A DNA stretch of 64,000 nt from Squalus acanthias (taxonomy: Eukaryota). Made by a program: the position numbers and the translations under genes. The stretch is from positions 17,052,001-17,116,000 of the forward strand of contig CM059433.1 in NCBI GenBank assembly GCA_030390025.1, in the 5' to 3' direction. Below are positions 1-13,202 of the stretch, in pieces. Below the pieces are notes generated by a model, which saw nothing but the letters and a program-made list of their open reading frames with translations, ran no database searches and had not been told where the DNA came from. Position 1 is the stretch's first letter; each line of letters opens with the position of its first letter.

Positions 1-1099
1 CTTTTTGTGGGGAGGGAGAAAGAGATGACATTCCATACACTCAGCTAAAAGTATCAGACACATCTTTCACACATCACAGTATCTCCTAAAACTAGGTAAA
101 TGACTTTACTGCTGCACAAATTGACTTCTGAATGGCAAAAATACTGAAATCACAAAACTAAAAAGTAAATTTACAAGTCTCTAGGCGACTACAGCAAATT
201 AACTCCATACCTGTAGAAAATCGGTTGTAAACATTGTCATTTAATTTTGTGCTGTAAGAAATCTTTAAAACAATTATACTATGCATACTCATATTTCATA
301 AATATTTTTAGTCATTATCAGAATTACCTTTAGTTCCTAAGTACTAGATCAGTCCCTGCAGGTGACACTTCCCACCAGTGAAAATAAAATGCAACTTTAC
401 ATTGATGTGAGTGATCACTTAGTGTTTTATAGACTGTGTTCGTAGTTCAGCCAATTGCACTACATTTGCTCCCTTTCCCAAGAAAGCATTCCCCCCTTTC
501 AATTGTGGTCTCCGTGATAGCAATTGCCTTTTATCACCTGTACGTTGCTTTGCACGTTGCAATTTCTTGTGCACAGCAACTGAAGTAGATGAAATAGCAA
601 ACTACTTGTTCACACTGACTTGAACTTCAGATTAGTTCCTCACACTCAAAACATCCTTCTCTAATGCTCACCTGCAACAGTCTGATATATCCAGGTATCA
701 TCATCCGCAGTGGAATAAACATTTCGATCAAGTATTTCTTCTTTGATCCTGTAGAGAGATGGAGGTTATAAGTGAATTATCACTTAGTTGGGATCTTTGT
801 TGCTACAAACTTTGTCTCTTCACATTCAGCTTGGTATGGTTTGACAAGGCAGTAGATTACACAGCTCTACATTCAATGCCTTTGTGAGCTCTTTATATAC
901 AAGCTTCAAGTAAGAATAGACTGGATAAGTTGCATGAGCTGTCACGTGTTATCAATCTGAGGTGCTTATATGTTGGCAGAAGGCCTTGAACAAGAAGCCT
1001 ACAGGCTAAGACTGTCTGCAATATATTTGCAGAGATAGGCTCAGCTTTATCTGATTTTACACAATGCAGATGGACAGATTTAAAATATATGACATCGTT

Positions 1100-2044
1100 G
1101 CCTAGAAATTGAATTGTGCCCAAATTGGAATGTGCCCAAATCCCGGTGTAGCGCACACGACATGTGCCTAAGGACGCCGGCTAGAAGGACCACTGCAAAT
1201 TGGTTCACCAGCCTCATTCAGAGAGTCATACGGCACAGAAGGAGGCCATTCGGCCCATCGAGTCCGTGCCGGCTCTCTGTCGAGCAATCCAGTCAGTCCC
1301 ATTCCCCCGCTTTATCCCCGTAGCCCTGCAAGTTTATTTCCCTCAAGTGCCTATGCAGTCTCCCCTTGAAAACATTGAGTGTCTCCGCTTCCACCACTTC
1401 CGTCGGCAGCGAATTCCAGGTCCTCACCACTCGCTGCATAAAAAAGTTTTTCCTCACGTCCCCCCTGTATCTCTTGCCCAGAACCTTAAATCTGTGTCCC
1501 CTAGTCCTTGTACCGTCAACTAGTGGGAACAGCCTTTCCCCGTCTAGCCTATCCAAACCTGTCATGATCTTGTACACCTCTATCAAATTCCTTTATTACG
1601 GGCAAGCTACGGGCGCCAGGCGCGGCCCGAGAGGCAGCTCGGCGGTCATGGTGGGACGGGGGCTGCAAGATGAGTCGGCTCAATGCTAACTGAGGTCTTC
1701 AGGAGAGCTTGGTGTGGGAAAGGCAATCGGGAAGGGGGTGGGGGCGAGCAGCGGCCCGTGAATTTAACGTGGAGTCAGGAGGAGCACTCCTGCTCCTCCC
1801 AGCTCCCCAATAAGGCAAGGAAAAAACTTCAAACTTAATTTTCGGGTGGCAACCTCCAGCGGTCCCTTTAAGCGCCTGAAGAAACTGGCCGCAGCTTGCG
1901 CCCTGGATACCCGAGGAGGAGCCCAAACCAATGTGGCAGGTGCTGCACTTCCAGCGTGGAATGAGAACGTGCACGCTGGACCTTTGGTAGGGGCCCGTGT
2001 TATGCCTGTAACATGAGCGCGCAGTGTGATCTAATTTCTGGGGC
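1100..2044. mobile_element. Non-autonomous PIF/Harbinger-like MITE interrupted by a CR1 fragment
   Basis: Ends GCCTAGAAATT ... AATTTCTGGGGC resemble the TIR of the 35636-36609 element; GC-rich interior. Confidence 0.5.
1222..1588 (-). mobile_element. CR1 LINE 3' fragment
   Basis: ORF2 C-terminus IEVYKIMTGLDRLD..TRGH..FFMQRVVRTWNSLP plus CR1 3' tail. Confidence 0.9.
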
Positions 2045-2522
2045 TGTGCCTCTTGACTTGCGTTTAAATGGTTCTAGACCAAAATCTGATTTATGCAGAA
2101 TATCTTGAATTTTTTTAAATATTACTGTGTTTTTACGACACGCTGATGGCATTTTTAATTTGATAATGTGGCACCTGTGAAGATAGCTGCAGAGCCTGAA
2201 ACTCATTCCTGGAGGAGGCTATTCAGCCCCTCGAGCCTGCTCACCATTCAGTTAGATCATGGCTGATCTGTAGCTCAACTCCATTTACCTGCCTTAGCTC
2301 CATATCACTTGATACCCTTACCTAATGAAAATCTATCCATCTCAGTCTTGAAAGCTCCAATTGACCCAGCATCCACCGCCTTTTGGGAAAGAGAATTGCC
2401 GATTTCTGCTACACTTTGTGTGGAAAAAGTGCTCCCTGATTACCCTCCTAAGAGGCTTAGCTCTAATTTTAAGATTATGTCATCTCGTTCCTGATTCTCC
2501 CATCAGAGGAAATAGTTCCTGC

Positions 2523-3284
2523 GGAGTAGAGTTTCTGCCTTGGGCGCAATCGGCTATTCCAGGGCAAATTACGCCCAAAATTGTGCATATTGTGAAAAGT
2601 GTTTTTCTTCCGAGTTTCCGCTCAAACTCATTTGCGTATCGCCGAACACACAATCTCCCATGACCAGCGACACAGGACAGCCTTTTAAAATGGAATTTTT
2701 TTTAAAAAATAAAGAAATCTTGCTTTAAAATATTCCTCGATATATTTAAGAGTGGTAACTTTGTGCAGTTTGATTAGTACAGCTGAAAATGGGTTTATCA
2801 CAAAAAAATAAGCATTTTAAATCAGTGTCAATCCACCACCTGTGAGTAACTCGATTTTAGATTACTGAAAATGATTTTTTTTAAATATACAAAACTATTT
2901 TCTAGTTAGATTGGGGTACAGTAGTCAGTTTCTTAGTAAATTAAAAATCAATCATTCAAAACCTTTCAAAACGTACCTTTCAGGGCGCAAGGAACACGAA
3001 AGTTACAGCTTAATTTTTGGAGCCTCCTTGAAGGCCCACAAATGAGCGCAATTAGTGGAAACTCGCCATGGTGATTAATTCACCCTGGGGGCGTGGCCTG
3101 TTTTGGGGTGGGGGGGGGCCGCCCGATTCTAGCATTTTTATTAAACTAGTGCAAAAGATTGTGGAAACTCAAGGTGTGCTGAACGCAATTTGCACTTAAG
3201 ATTCCATAATCTTTTGTGCCGGTTAAGCCGATAGAGGGAATTGCGTCGAAAAAAACAGCGCAATCGAGCGGAAACTCCAGGCCT
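2523..3284. mobile_element. MITE-like insertion (Harbinger-like)
   Basis: Imperfect inverted ends GGAGTAGAGTTTCTGC / GCGGAAACTCCAGGCC; cleanly interrupts a CR1. Confidence 0.5.
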
Positions 3285-3393
3285 CTGTATCGAATTCTTT
3301 TAACATTTAAACACTTCGATCAAATCACCCCTCAATCTTCTATATTCAAGGGAATACAAGCCACATTTATGCAACGTGTCCTCATAATTTGAT

Positions 3394-3865
3394 GTCAGCT
3401 GTGGCTCAGTTGGTAGCACACTCGCCTCTGAGTCAGAAGGTTGTGGGTTCAAGTCCCACTCCAGGGACTTGTGCACATAAATCTGGGCTGACACTCCAGT
3501 GCAGTGCTGAGGAAGTGCGGCACTGCCAGAGGGGCCGTCTTTCGGATGAGACGTTAAACCGAGGCCCCGTCTGCTCTCTCAGGTGGACATAAAAGATCCC
3601 ATGGCACTATTTCGAAGAAGAGCAGGGGACTTATCCCCGGTGTCCTGGGGCCAATATTTATCCCTCAACCAACATAACAAAAACAGATTATCTGATCATT
3701 ATCACATTGCTGTTTGTGGGAGCTTGCTGTGCGCAAATTGGCTGCCGCGTTTCCCACATTACAACAGTGACTTCACTCCAAAAGTACTTCATTGGCTGTA
3801 AAGCGGTTTGAGACGTCCGGTGGTCATGAAAGGCGCTATAGAAATGCAAGTCGTCTTCTTCTTCT
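3394..3865 (+). mobile_element. tRNA-headed DeuSINE (SacSINE1-like)
   Basis: A box TGGCTCAGTTGG, B box GGTTCAAGTCC, Deu-domain core GCCGTCTTTCGGATGAGACGTTAAACCGAGG..AAAGATCCCATGGCACT, and an L2-type tail. Confidence 0.85.
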
Positions 3866-4759
3866 CTGAGCCCCAGTGTCATTCTGGTGAATCTGCGCTG
3901 CACCCCCTCCAAGGCCAATATATCCTTCCTGAGGTGCGGTGCCCAAAACTGAACACAGCACTCCAGATGGGGTTTAACCAAGGCTCTATGCAACTGAAGC
4001 ATAACTTCCTCACTTTTGTATTCCAGCCCGCTTGAGACAAAGGCCAACTTTCGATTAACCTTTTCGATTACTTTTGTACCTGTCCACTCGCTTTAAATGA
4101 TCTGTGGACTTGGGCTCTCAAGTCTCTTTGCTGATCTATACTTCCTAGTTTCTCACCATTTAGAAAATACTTCGATTTATCTTTCTTCGCTCCAAAGTGG
4201 ATGACCTCACACTTCCCCACATTAAACTCCATCTGCCGTAGTTTTGCCAACTCACTTACTCTGTCTATGTCCTTTTCAACTTCCTGCTCTCATCTGCACT
4301 GCTTATTGTCCCTCCTAATTTATTTCTGTTGGTCGTGTATATCTGTGGTAAGTCGGAACCTTGGAGTCAGCAATGGGGAACCTCTGTCGTTGAAGCCGTA
4401 GGAGCAGTGGGGCAAACGATAAGGCTGAGCTGGAAAGGTCACTGAACGGTAGGAGAACCTTTCTAGATAAGGCATGGAAGATAGTGCGCAACGATGAGAA
4501 TCTTTGAAGCTACACTGGGTAGTATGGCGAGATGCTGAAAAACCTTTAAATGTGGATGTGCCCATTTTCAAAGGCAGGCAAATACAGAATCCTAAATTTT
4601 TTTATCTTCTGTCAGATTACATTTTTTTATGCCATTTGAAAGTTAAAAAGTTGTTTTTTTTTGCCAATGTATCTCCTCTGTGGTTGACGACGATGCCTTA
4701 TGCTGGGGTACAGTTGCACAGGTGCTACAACCTTTAAAGGTCTTGTCCATGTGACCATT

Positions 4760-5320
4760 CATAGAATCATAGAAATTTACGGCACAGAAAGAGGCAATTT
4801 GGCCCATCGTGTCCGTGCCGGCCGAAAGAGCTCTCCAGCCTAATCCCACTTTCCAGCTCTTGGTCCGTAGCCTTGTAGGTTACGGCACTTCAAGTGCATG
4901 TCCAAGTACTTTTTAAATGTGATGAGCATTTCTGCCTCTACCACCCTTTCAGGCAGTGAGTTCCAGACCCCCATCACTCTCTGGGTGAAAAAAGTTCTCC
5001 TCAACTACCCTCTAATCCTTCCACCAATTACTTTAAATCTGTGCCCCCTGGTTAGTGACCTCGCTGCTAAGGAAATAGGTCCTTCCTATCCACTCTATCT
5101 AGGCCCCTCATAATTTTATACACCTCGATCAAGTCTCCCCTCAGCCTCCTCTGTTCCAAAGAGAACAACCCCAGCCTGTCCAATCTTTCCTCATAGCTAA
5201 AATTCTCCAGTCCTGGAAACATCCTCGTAAATCTCCTTTGTACCTTCTCTAGTGCAATGACATCTTTCCCTGTAATGTGGTGACCAGAACTGTACGCAGT
5301 ACTCGAACTGTGGCCTAACT
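4760..5320 (-). mobile_element. CR1 LINE 3' fragment
   Basis: [42 protein letters not shown] plus (ATTCTATG)n-type tail. Confidence 0.9.
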
Positions 5321-5488
5321 CGTACCTAACATTCATAGTTTCACCTCACCCTCACACACTTAGCACTGCTGCAAGCCTCACACCCACATCTCACGGCTCG
5401 CATACACTGCGAGCTATTCAACCATGACAGCCACATCACCCAAACAGATTGCACCACACTCACTGACACACTTCCCTCTCTCTTGCAG

Positions 5489-6800
5489 GACGAGGTGGCA
5501 CACAACCGGAGGCAGCAGGAGTTAACTGGCGGGGGAGAGGCGCACCTGCATCTCCTAACCCATGGAGGAGACGGTGCTGGTCATTATTGGGACGACCATT
5601 GCTGAGGCTGTGGCGAGCTGCGGGGCTGAAACTATAGAAGATGACGGTATCCTCATACCTAATCCTCCTTCCCCCATCCCACTTCCCCCTCATTCCACAA
5701 TGTCTTCTGATTTACAACCTGCAGTTGGTGTAAGCATGCACCTCTTGCTTTCCACCCCACCCCACCCCTCCCCTCACCACAACCTTCTCCTTGTGCCTTT
5801 CTCCTTTCAGCTACCCAACAACTGCAACCTGGCCAGGCAGTGGTGGAAGAGCAGGAAGATAGTTGAGATGAAGACACACAGTCACTCGATTTCACACTCG
5901 CAGCCACCAGCTCAGATCTTGCAGGTATCTTAGAGGATAGCATAAGGCGGGATCTGCATGTGGTGAGACACCAGGCACGAGTGGCCTGCAGCCAGGGCAG
6001 GGGACAAGGATAGCACCGGTGCCAGCTTGCTGGAGGGCGAAGTCGCACACAAATTCTGCTACGGAGGACTCGGGTGAGCACTTCGATGGGGCAGGCTGTA
6101 GAAGAAGGCTGATGGGTATGCACAATGAAATGCTTGGTGCATTGGGAAGCCTGCCAGAAAGCCTGCGTGCAATGTCAAAGAGCATGGAGCAGTCTGGCAC
6201 CAGCTTGGCACAGGATTTTGCACAGAGTTTGCAGCTCATATTTTCCAGCATGGATGTGGTGGCCAATTCTATTAGCACACTTGTGGACCCAACCATGATG
6301 CAGCGTCTGATGGCTGATGTCTTAGCTTCCACTGCAGCGCAAGCAGCCACCCACCCAACATCTGACTGCTGTAGTGGAAGCTCAGATTGCTGTCGTCATG
6401 GCTGCGGATGCCAGTGTTCAAAGAGCCTTGCAGGGTGTCACAGCAGTCCAGCAATCTGTCCTCCAACAGATTACTAGGATTGCTGAGGCGCCGTCCCAGG
6501 GGAGTGGCAGTGGCTCGTGGAGCACGAACCTGCTGTTCTCTCGCAGGATGACTGCATTCATCCTCCCACCACTGCCATTCTGCCAGTGCCCTTGCTGTTG
6601 CCCGTCAGCCAGCCAGCCCAGACTGCAGCCGCTCATACCGAGATGGTGCAGTCCGCAGCCAGGCTTTCCAGGCCCAGAGTAGCTTGAGGTCATCCTCCAA
6701 GGCCATCTGCAGTCTCCTCCACTGAAAGTCAGCAGCCTTACACTAGGACAGGAAAAGGCACATGGAAGACAGGCACTAAGGGAATACACAAGGGTAATTA
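5489..6800 (+). pseudogene. Harbinger accessory (Myb/SANT-type partner) gene remnant with introns
   Basis: tcttgcag|DEVAHNRRQQELTGGGEAHLHLLT..MEETVLVIIG carries the post-SANT TGGG motif. Donor at ~5647, second acceptor tttcag at 5810, then a coiled-coil-like RRLMGMHNEMLGALGSL. Frameshifted. Confidence 0.65.
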
Positions 6801-6969
6801 GTTGTGTTTGCATGCAATATGACATGATTTCATTTATAAATTTGGTTTGGAATGTTTATTTTGTGGTGGCTTTTATTTTTGCAGTATGGCCAAGCAGACA
6901 CTGTGATGGTCAGTGACATAGAGAAGGTAAGGTGTGGGACTGTTGGTGAATGGGGAATTGGGGTTGAGT

Positions 6970-8080
6970 TTACTGGTATTGCACTCGGATGAGTTCTTCA
7001 CGGACAGCCCGGACAGAAAGGTGCTGTCTAGGTCGCCTCCTCCCTGCCTCCTCCTCTTGCTCCTTAGCTGCTCCCCGTATAGCTGGTGGCAAGGGCTGTG
7101 TCCTCATGATGGCGAGGTTGTGCAGCCTGCAGCAGACCACCACGAATCTTGACACCCGCTCTGCCGAGTACTGCAGGGCTCCTCCAGAGCGGTTCAGGCA
7201 GCGCAAGTGTTGTTTCAACACACCAATGGTCTGCTCGATCACATTTTGTGTGGCAGCATGGCTTTCACTGTATGCATGCTGCCCCTGTGTGTGGATTGCG
7301 CACAGGAGTCATGAGCCATGTCGTCAGTGGATAGCCTTTGGTGCCCAGTAGCCACCCTCTGGTGTGCCATGGTGGCTCAAATGCAAATAGCACAGTGGAC
7401 TGCCGCAGAATGAAGGCATCAGGACTGCTGCCAGGAGACCGGGCATTGACCTGCATGATGCGCTGCCTATGGTCACACACCAGCTGAACGTTGAGGGAGT
7501 GGAATCCCTTTCGGTTCCGATACATGGCAGTGTGACACGTGATGCCATTAAAGCGACGTGCGTGCAGTCAATGGCACCCTACACCATGGGGCAGCCTGCA
7601 ATCCTAGCAAAGCCGTGTGCTCACTCGGCCTGTTGCTCTATGGCAAGAGAGAATGAAATGTTTTCAGCTCTCTTTGAATACAGAGCCTCAGTGACCTCCC
7701 TTACGCAACAGTGGATGGCAAACTGCGAGATGTTGCAAATATCTCCAGCTCCAGCCTGGAAGGAGCCTGACACATAAAAGTTCATCGCCGCGGTCACCTT
7801 CACAGCCACTGGCAATGTGGTCCTTGCCCTGCTCTGAGGTTGCAGTTGTGACTGCAGCAGGTGGCAGATTTCAGTGAGGATGTCATTACTGAAGCGCAGA
7901 CGTCTCACACATTGTTCCTCGCTGAGGTTCAGGAAGGAGAATTGCTCCCTGAACATGCTGGGTGGATATGGCCTCCTGCTGAGTGCCCTTCTCCCCCCTC
8001 TAGCTGCTTGTCCTGCTCTGCTCTGTTCATTCCCCAAGTAAAGCTGTATTCCAAGGGGAAGTCCTACTAGTGCACCCCAT
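6970..8080 (-). pseudogene. Harbinger (HARBI1-like) transposase pseudogene
   Basis: Motifs [55 protein letters not shown](T)KGYPL, IEQTIGVLK, CCRLHN. Internal stops, frameshifts, and the second catalytic D is changed. Confidence 0.9.
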
Positions 8081-10289
8081 GTCTGTCAGCAAGTGGTTTG
8101 TGCAGAAGCCTTGAAGTCAGGAAAAAGTCCTTCAGCACCTGCCACACCACACCCTGTAGACTTTCACAACTTGCAACAACTATAGAAAGCACCAAACGCT
8201 TGTAGAATCGTATCAATAGCCAGAAGAAATCAACCAGCAACTAACCTGTAAATAGTTGACGATCCCTTTGAATAGCCCTGGTTGGCGGTGGGGGGGGGGG
8301 GGAAAGAGGTAGTTGGGGGTCCTTCCTGCTGCTGAACACATGGTCAGCGGTGCGAGCTTGAGAGAGCATTAGCTGCAGCGTTGAGCTCCAAAATGGCAGT
8401 GCTGGCGTCAATTCAGCGGTGCGCGCTGATTGACGTAATGATCTGCCTACTCTCCATGCTTCCGGCAGACACTCACTGTGCGCGCGCGCACTAATGACCT
8501 CACCAATGCGGTATCCGGCGTGATTTGCCCCACAAATGTACGCTCACGCCGCGGACGTCATTTTGGACCTCTGAGGGCACTTGTAGTGCCCAAAAAACGG
8601 GCGCTACGGATTCAAATTTGGCGCCCTATTAATCCAGATTCCACTGGCTGGAAAATTGCAGGTTGTCAGAATTAGGCCTAAAGTTAACAAAAGTATGATT
8701 TTGGTTATAATATCTGCTAAAAGAGCTAACTTATTGTGCAAAAGACGACAGTTTTTAATTTTTTGAAAAGTAGTAACTTAATAATTCACTGTGCAAAGGT
8801 AGAAGTTTCCAAAGAAACAAATATTGATTATTTACTAACTACTGACGTACATTTTACGTCAAACAGGTAACCTATTGTGCAAAAGAAGACCCTTTCGGAT
8901 ATTTTGAAAGCAATTCATTGTGCAAAATGAACATTTCCAGGAATCAAATATTGATTACTTGTCACTAATCTATTAAGTCAATAATTTGTATTGAATTAAC
9001 AGAAACAATGTTTAACTGAGATTCTTGTTAATCAAATATAAAACTTGATTAAAAAATGCCTTTATCTTGGGCAAAAATTTTCCAGGAGCAGGCAGAGAAA
9101 TAAACTTTGACAAAATGGCAATTTGTTCCTACCAATATGGATTGAACAATTCAGTTGTTCAGCCCAATGTCAAATTCAGTCTTCAGCAGCCACAATACCA
9201 CCTAACCTCTTTACCAGATACTGATCCACCTTTCTGTATGAACATTATTCATGCTTTTGTACACTTGGTCCAATGGGTTCCTAAAACTTAACAGGACTGT
9301 AAGAAAGTGGCGCTGTAAATACTGGGTCATTTGTGCGGCCATTTCACATGTTGCTACTGGACCTGTACGACCACGCACAGGGTACAGGTATACTAAATAC
9401 CACTGCTGTTCTAGGTTCCAATTCCCATACCACTACACAATTGCAATACATTTGGTTTGTATTTGTAATGGATCTACATCAGTGGTTACTGCTGTATAGA
9501 AGATAGCACATTGTTCTGCACTGGCAGATCGATATATGTTGGGACTTAATCAAGGTGAAATAATCTCTGTATACAATCCTCAACAGGAATGGTAGTGAAA
9601 CTACGTTACCTACAAATCCACAAGTAAGCCTCCATTGACGAGCAGGAAAAACAACAGATGGCAAGACTATTCCATGCGCCCAGTTAGGGTGCCACTGTTT
9701 AGAAACCAGGAATACCAATTGTGAGTCACCAGCACCAGTGAAATTTGTAGGCTGAAAGGTGAAATGATGGCAATTTTTTCATACAAAATTAAAATTGTAA
9801 ACCATGAGAAAAATAATACTGTGCTGGTAAATAAAAGTATTATGGTGTTTCAGGGCTTCAGACAAATAAAGGTAAATCAGAATTACTAAAGAACTACCTT
9901 TTTGTACTGGAGTGGGGAATACAAGTGACAGGGCCAGGGCAATCTCCAACAGATTTATAACATTAACTATTTTGACCTTTCTTGAGGACCAATCGAAGCC
10001 ATCTGAGCATTTTATATTGTACAAAGAACACTTTTCCTTTCAAGATAAACACTGCAAGCATAAACTGCTGTAATGAAACTCCAGGCACTTAATGCAATTC
10101 CCACATGCAGCATTATCTGAAACACATATCCGAGCCTCCACAAAATGTTAACAGCAGCTCTGCAAATTGCACTGGATTGTAACAATATTTTATTACCAGC
10201 ATTGAAAAACGTATACTTAAGGGCATTATTTAATACTGTTCGTCGTAAGCAGAATTAACCATTTACTAACCATTCACTGTCAACTTATT

Positions 10290-10850
10290 TTTAAAATATC
10301 TGATGCCGATCATGATCGGGCGGAAAGCAAATGTGAACTCGATCTCAGTATCAGATTACCAGGGCTGCCATGGAGGGTTGTTTCAATTCCAATTGTCCAT
10401 TGCCAGGCATGTCATCTTGGACTCCAAAAAAAATCTCATACCCTGCTGCCTCCCCCCAAAAGGGATAGTCACTAATTGGTCATTATTAAGTGACAAATGC
10501 AGGTTTGGGCCCTCATGAGCACCATGGCGAGCAGCATGACTCGACAAACTATGTGAATGCATTGCCACCATCCTCCTGACCACAGCATAGACACACACCA
10601 TATCCCATCAAATGGTGGTTTCATGAGTTGGAGGTACACAGCTTCAGCAGCAGATGCCCCTCTTTCTGCTACCCAATACTGATATTTAAGCTCGTGTTCT
10701 CATACCCAGCCTCCAGGAACCACCTTCCTGCAACTGTCATTGCAAACCTCAATTTCCATATCAGTGTGGTAGAAGGACCTATCCAGGTCAGTTTGCGATG
10801 TGCCAGCCATATTGATGTTTTAAATGTCTAAGTCCAAGGCAAAAGACAAA
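10290..10850 (-). mobile_element. Old degenerate LINE fragment (second family, endonuclease region)
   Basis: Degenerate similarity to LINE endonuclease-coding DNA; many lesions. Confidence 0.35.
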
Positions 10851-13202
10851 ATGACCAGGCTTGTTTGCCATCAACTGCTTAATCCAGGACCTCATGCGAA
10901 GGATTTTGGCAAAAAGGTTGACTCCCACCCCCAAGTACTAAGCTACAGGTTGAAGTAGGCTGAGGCCTTCCAGCCTGCAACCAATTCCTTTTTTTTTAAA
11001 ATCACCTTGCAACTTTGTCTTGGACCTCAAACACTGGGCAAACAAATACTGAGCCATGAATCAGAGCTATTTGGACACATCTTAAACACCTACTTTAAAA
11101 ATAAAAGTAAAATGCTTTTGTTTCTGCAGCAGCTAACAATGGATCGAATAAAGAAACAATCATTAGACACAAATTACTTCTTGTCCCTTTCATGCACACC
11201 AAGGGATAGGGATCTGATCATAAAAAAGGAAGTCAAATTCCACAGATTAATAAAAACTAGTCCATTTCTGGTTTGGAATCTGGGTTGATGTTCATCACTG
11301 CGACAGTAGCGTAAACACTATTTGGAATCTTAGTGTATTTTTTATGACAATTAACAGTGCTATATTAGTAGCCAAACTGCTACTGTTGATAATGCCCTGT
11401 GCAGCGGAGGATATCCATTAGTCTCATTTCACCAATTTCCAAACTTTTCCATATTTTTGGAATGGTTTTCTTTTCTCCACAAATGAACCTTGTGCCTATT
11501 TTTTTTGCCAGATATCAAAACTTCAGGCTGCAAGAAGATTTTCAACCGTGTATAGGATAAATGAGGAGCCTTGCTTGAAGGGAACATGGGTTGAAGAATA
11601 AGCACTACAATGTTGTAGCCCTATCTCCGACCCACACTCCCTTCAAGTGGGGTGTGAGGCATCAATAAGTTTACCCACACACTTTACAAATGGTCTATGT
11701 TGCAGACTTAAAATAAGTAGCTGTGGCTTGTGGTCTGGTAACTCAGAGGAAGCTTAGATATGGAAAAATAGGATGCATGCTGACCTGTTTAAGATGGTTG
11801 CCGTATTCATAGAATAGTTATGAAATCACTACCACTGCCCTAAAATAAACAAATCAACCTGTAGGTCAATCCATGTCAAAACGCCAGTGAACAAGATGGA
11901 ACACTAAACACAAAAGCCTACTTATAATCTAGAATTATTAACTTTACACAAATACCAAGTTTGCCCTGTAAGTCCTTGCTCATTTGTTTTGATGCCATAA
12001 GTTAAAATGCGCCAAGGAATATATGGAAACAATAAATGAATGGATATTTTTCTAAATTGTAATGCTTTGTTATCTGTTAACTATGATGTCTGAATGGTAT
12101 GCATAACTAGCATATCTAAATAGGGGTTCTTAAAAATGTGGCAGGCCGTTCAGATGAGTATATAATTTTGCCATTTTGCTTCCCATGTTAACTCAGGCAC
12201 ACTTTCCTCGCAATGTTCATGAATTAGTGGATATTGGACTCTTGCTATAATGATCGAACAAATGTGAAACATAAGCTGAACATTTTCTTTGGTCTTATAA
12301 AATCATACAGTCAGGATCAAATGCTATCTTTCCAGTGACCAGGCAGCTCTAGTTAAAGACGAGAAGAATGAATAAGGACAGGTGAAAATGTTACCAATGT
12401 TTACAATGTAAATATATTTGTTTTAATGATGAGTTGGGTCGGATCAACCTTCTCACTGTGCTGAGGGCGCCAATGCCGAGTAAATGGGCTACAACCAGAA
12501 TGCAAATGAGGAAAAAAAGCTGCTTATACTGGGAGCCTTCATCAGATTTAATGTGTTGGGCAGGTCAATCTCGCATTTTTGAAAATGAGTAAGAATTGAA
12601 GCATGAGGTTCTGCACATTTACCCTTTTTAAGAAATGGAATGAAACGACATGAAAAATGTAAAAGAGAAAAGAAACCCCACAGCTATCCCTAAGATAACC
12701 TTTTGCTGAGCAGGCCAATGATGTCCTAATCATTTATGCTTAATAGACAGACATTTAATATCTACAGAAAGTTATTTTTTTTTACAAAAACGAATGGTTC
12801 AGAATTTGCTGGGAAATTAACGGTGAGTTTAATGCGCACGCTGTTACTAGTGTGTAAATAACCCAGCAATTTGTTGCGAGGCAGAGATACGCCATGAGTT
12901 GGGAATCGCCACAAGTTGCTGGACGATTTGTATTGCGCCATTACTAGCCTTACGAAAACGGGAGCTCGCTCTCAACCTACCTGGGAGTTTCAAGAAATTG
13001 CGGATTTGTGCTATTGAAAAAAATTAAACTTGCCGCAAAAAGTTAGGTTTGGTACTTAACGATGCAAGGAACCTTTTAATTACGAGATTTATGTTCCTGC
13101 AATACCACTCAGCCTCTCTGGCCCAGAGAGGGAATAATTGAAATTGTGGAGTCTCATTCCTACAGCTAGCAAATTGTTCCCAGAGCTTTTTAAAAAAACT
13201 TT

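Larger units (their letters stand above)
2205..4290 (-). mobile_element. CR1 LINE 3' portion split by a MITE (2523-3284) and a SINE (3394-3865)
   Basis: Collinear pieces: KCEVIHFG (4068-4250), LVKPHLECCVQFWAP (3870-4047), [19 protein letters not shown] (3300-3390), and the tail at ~2205-2300. Confidence 0.85.
5330..8626. mobile_element. Decayed PIF/Harbinger DNA transposon (left end missing)
   Basis: Convergent Myb/SANT-partner ORF (+) and DDE transposase (-); probable terminus ..CAAATTTGGCGCCC at 8626. Confidence 0.85.

Noticed and set aside
3394..3465. tRNA gene
   Set aside because: The A/B boxes continue into a SINE body that recurs at 17564, so this is a SINE head.
6970..8080. Host HARBI1 gene
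   Set aside because: It has multiple stops and frameshifts and sits inside a transposon with a partner ORF.
9479..10024. Minus-strand ORFs with splice-like signals
   Set aside because: No recognisable protein, and no consistent acceptor-donor-frame combination could be established.
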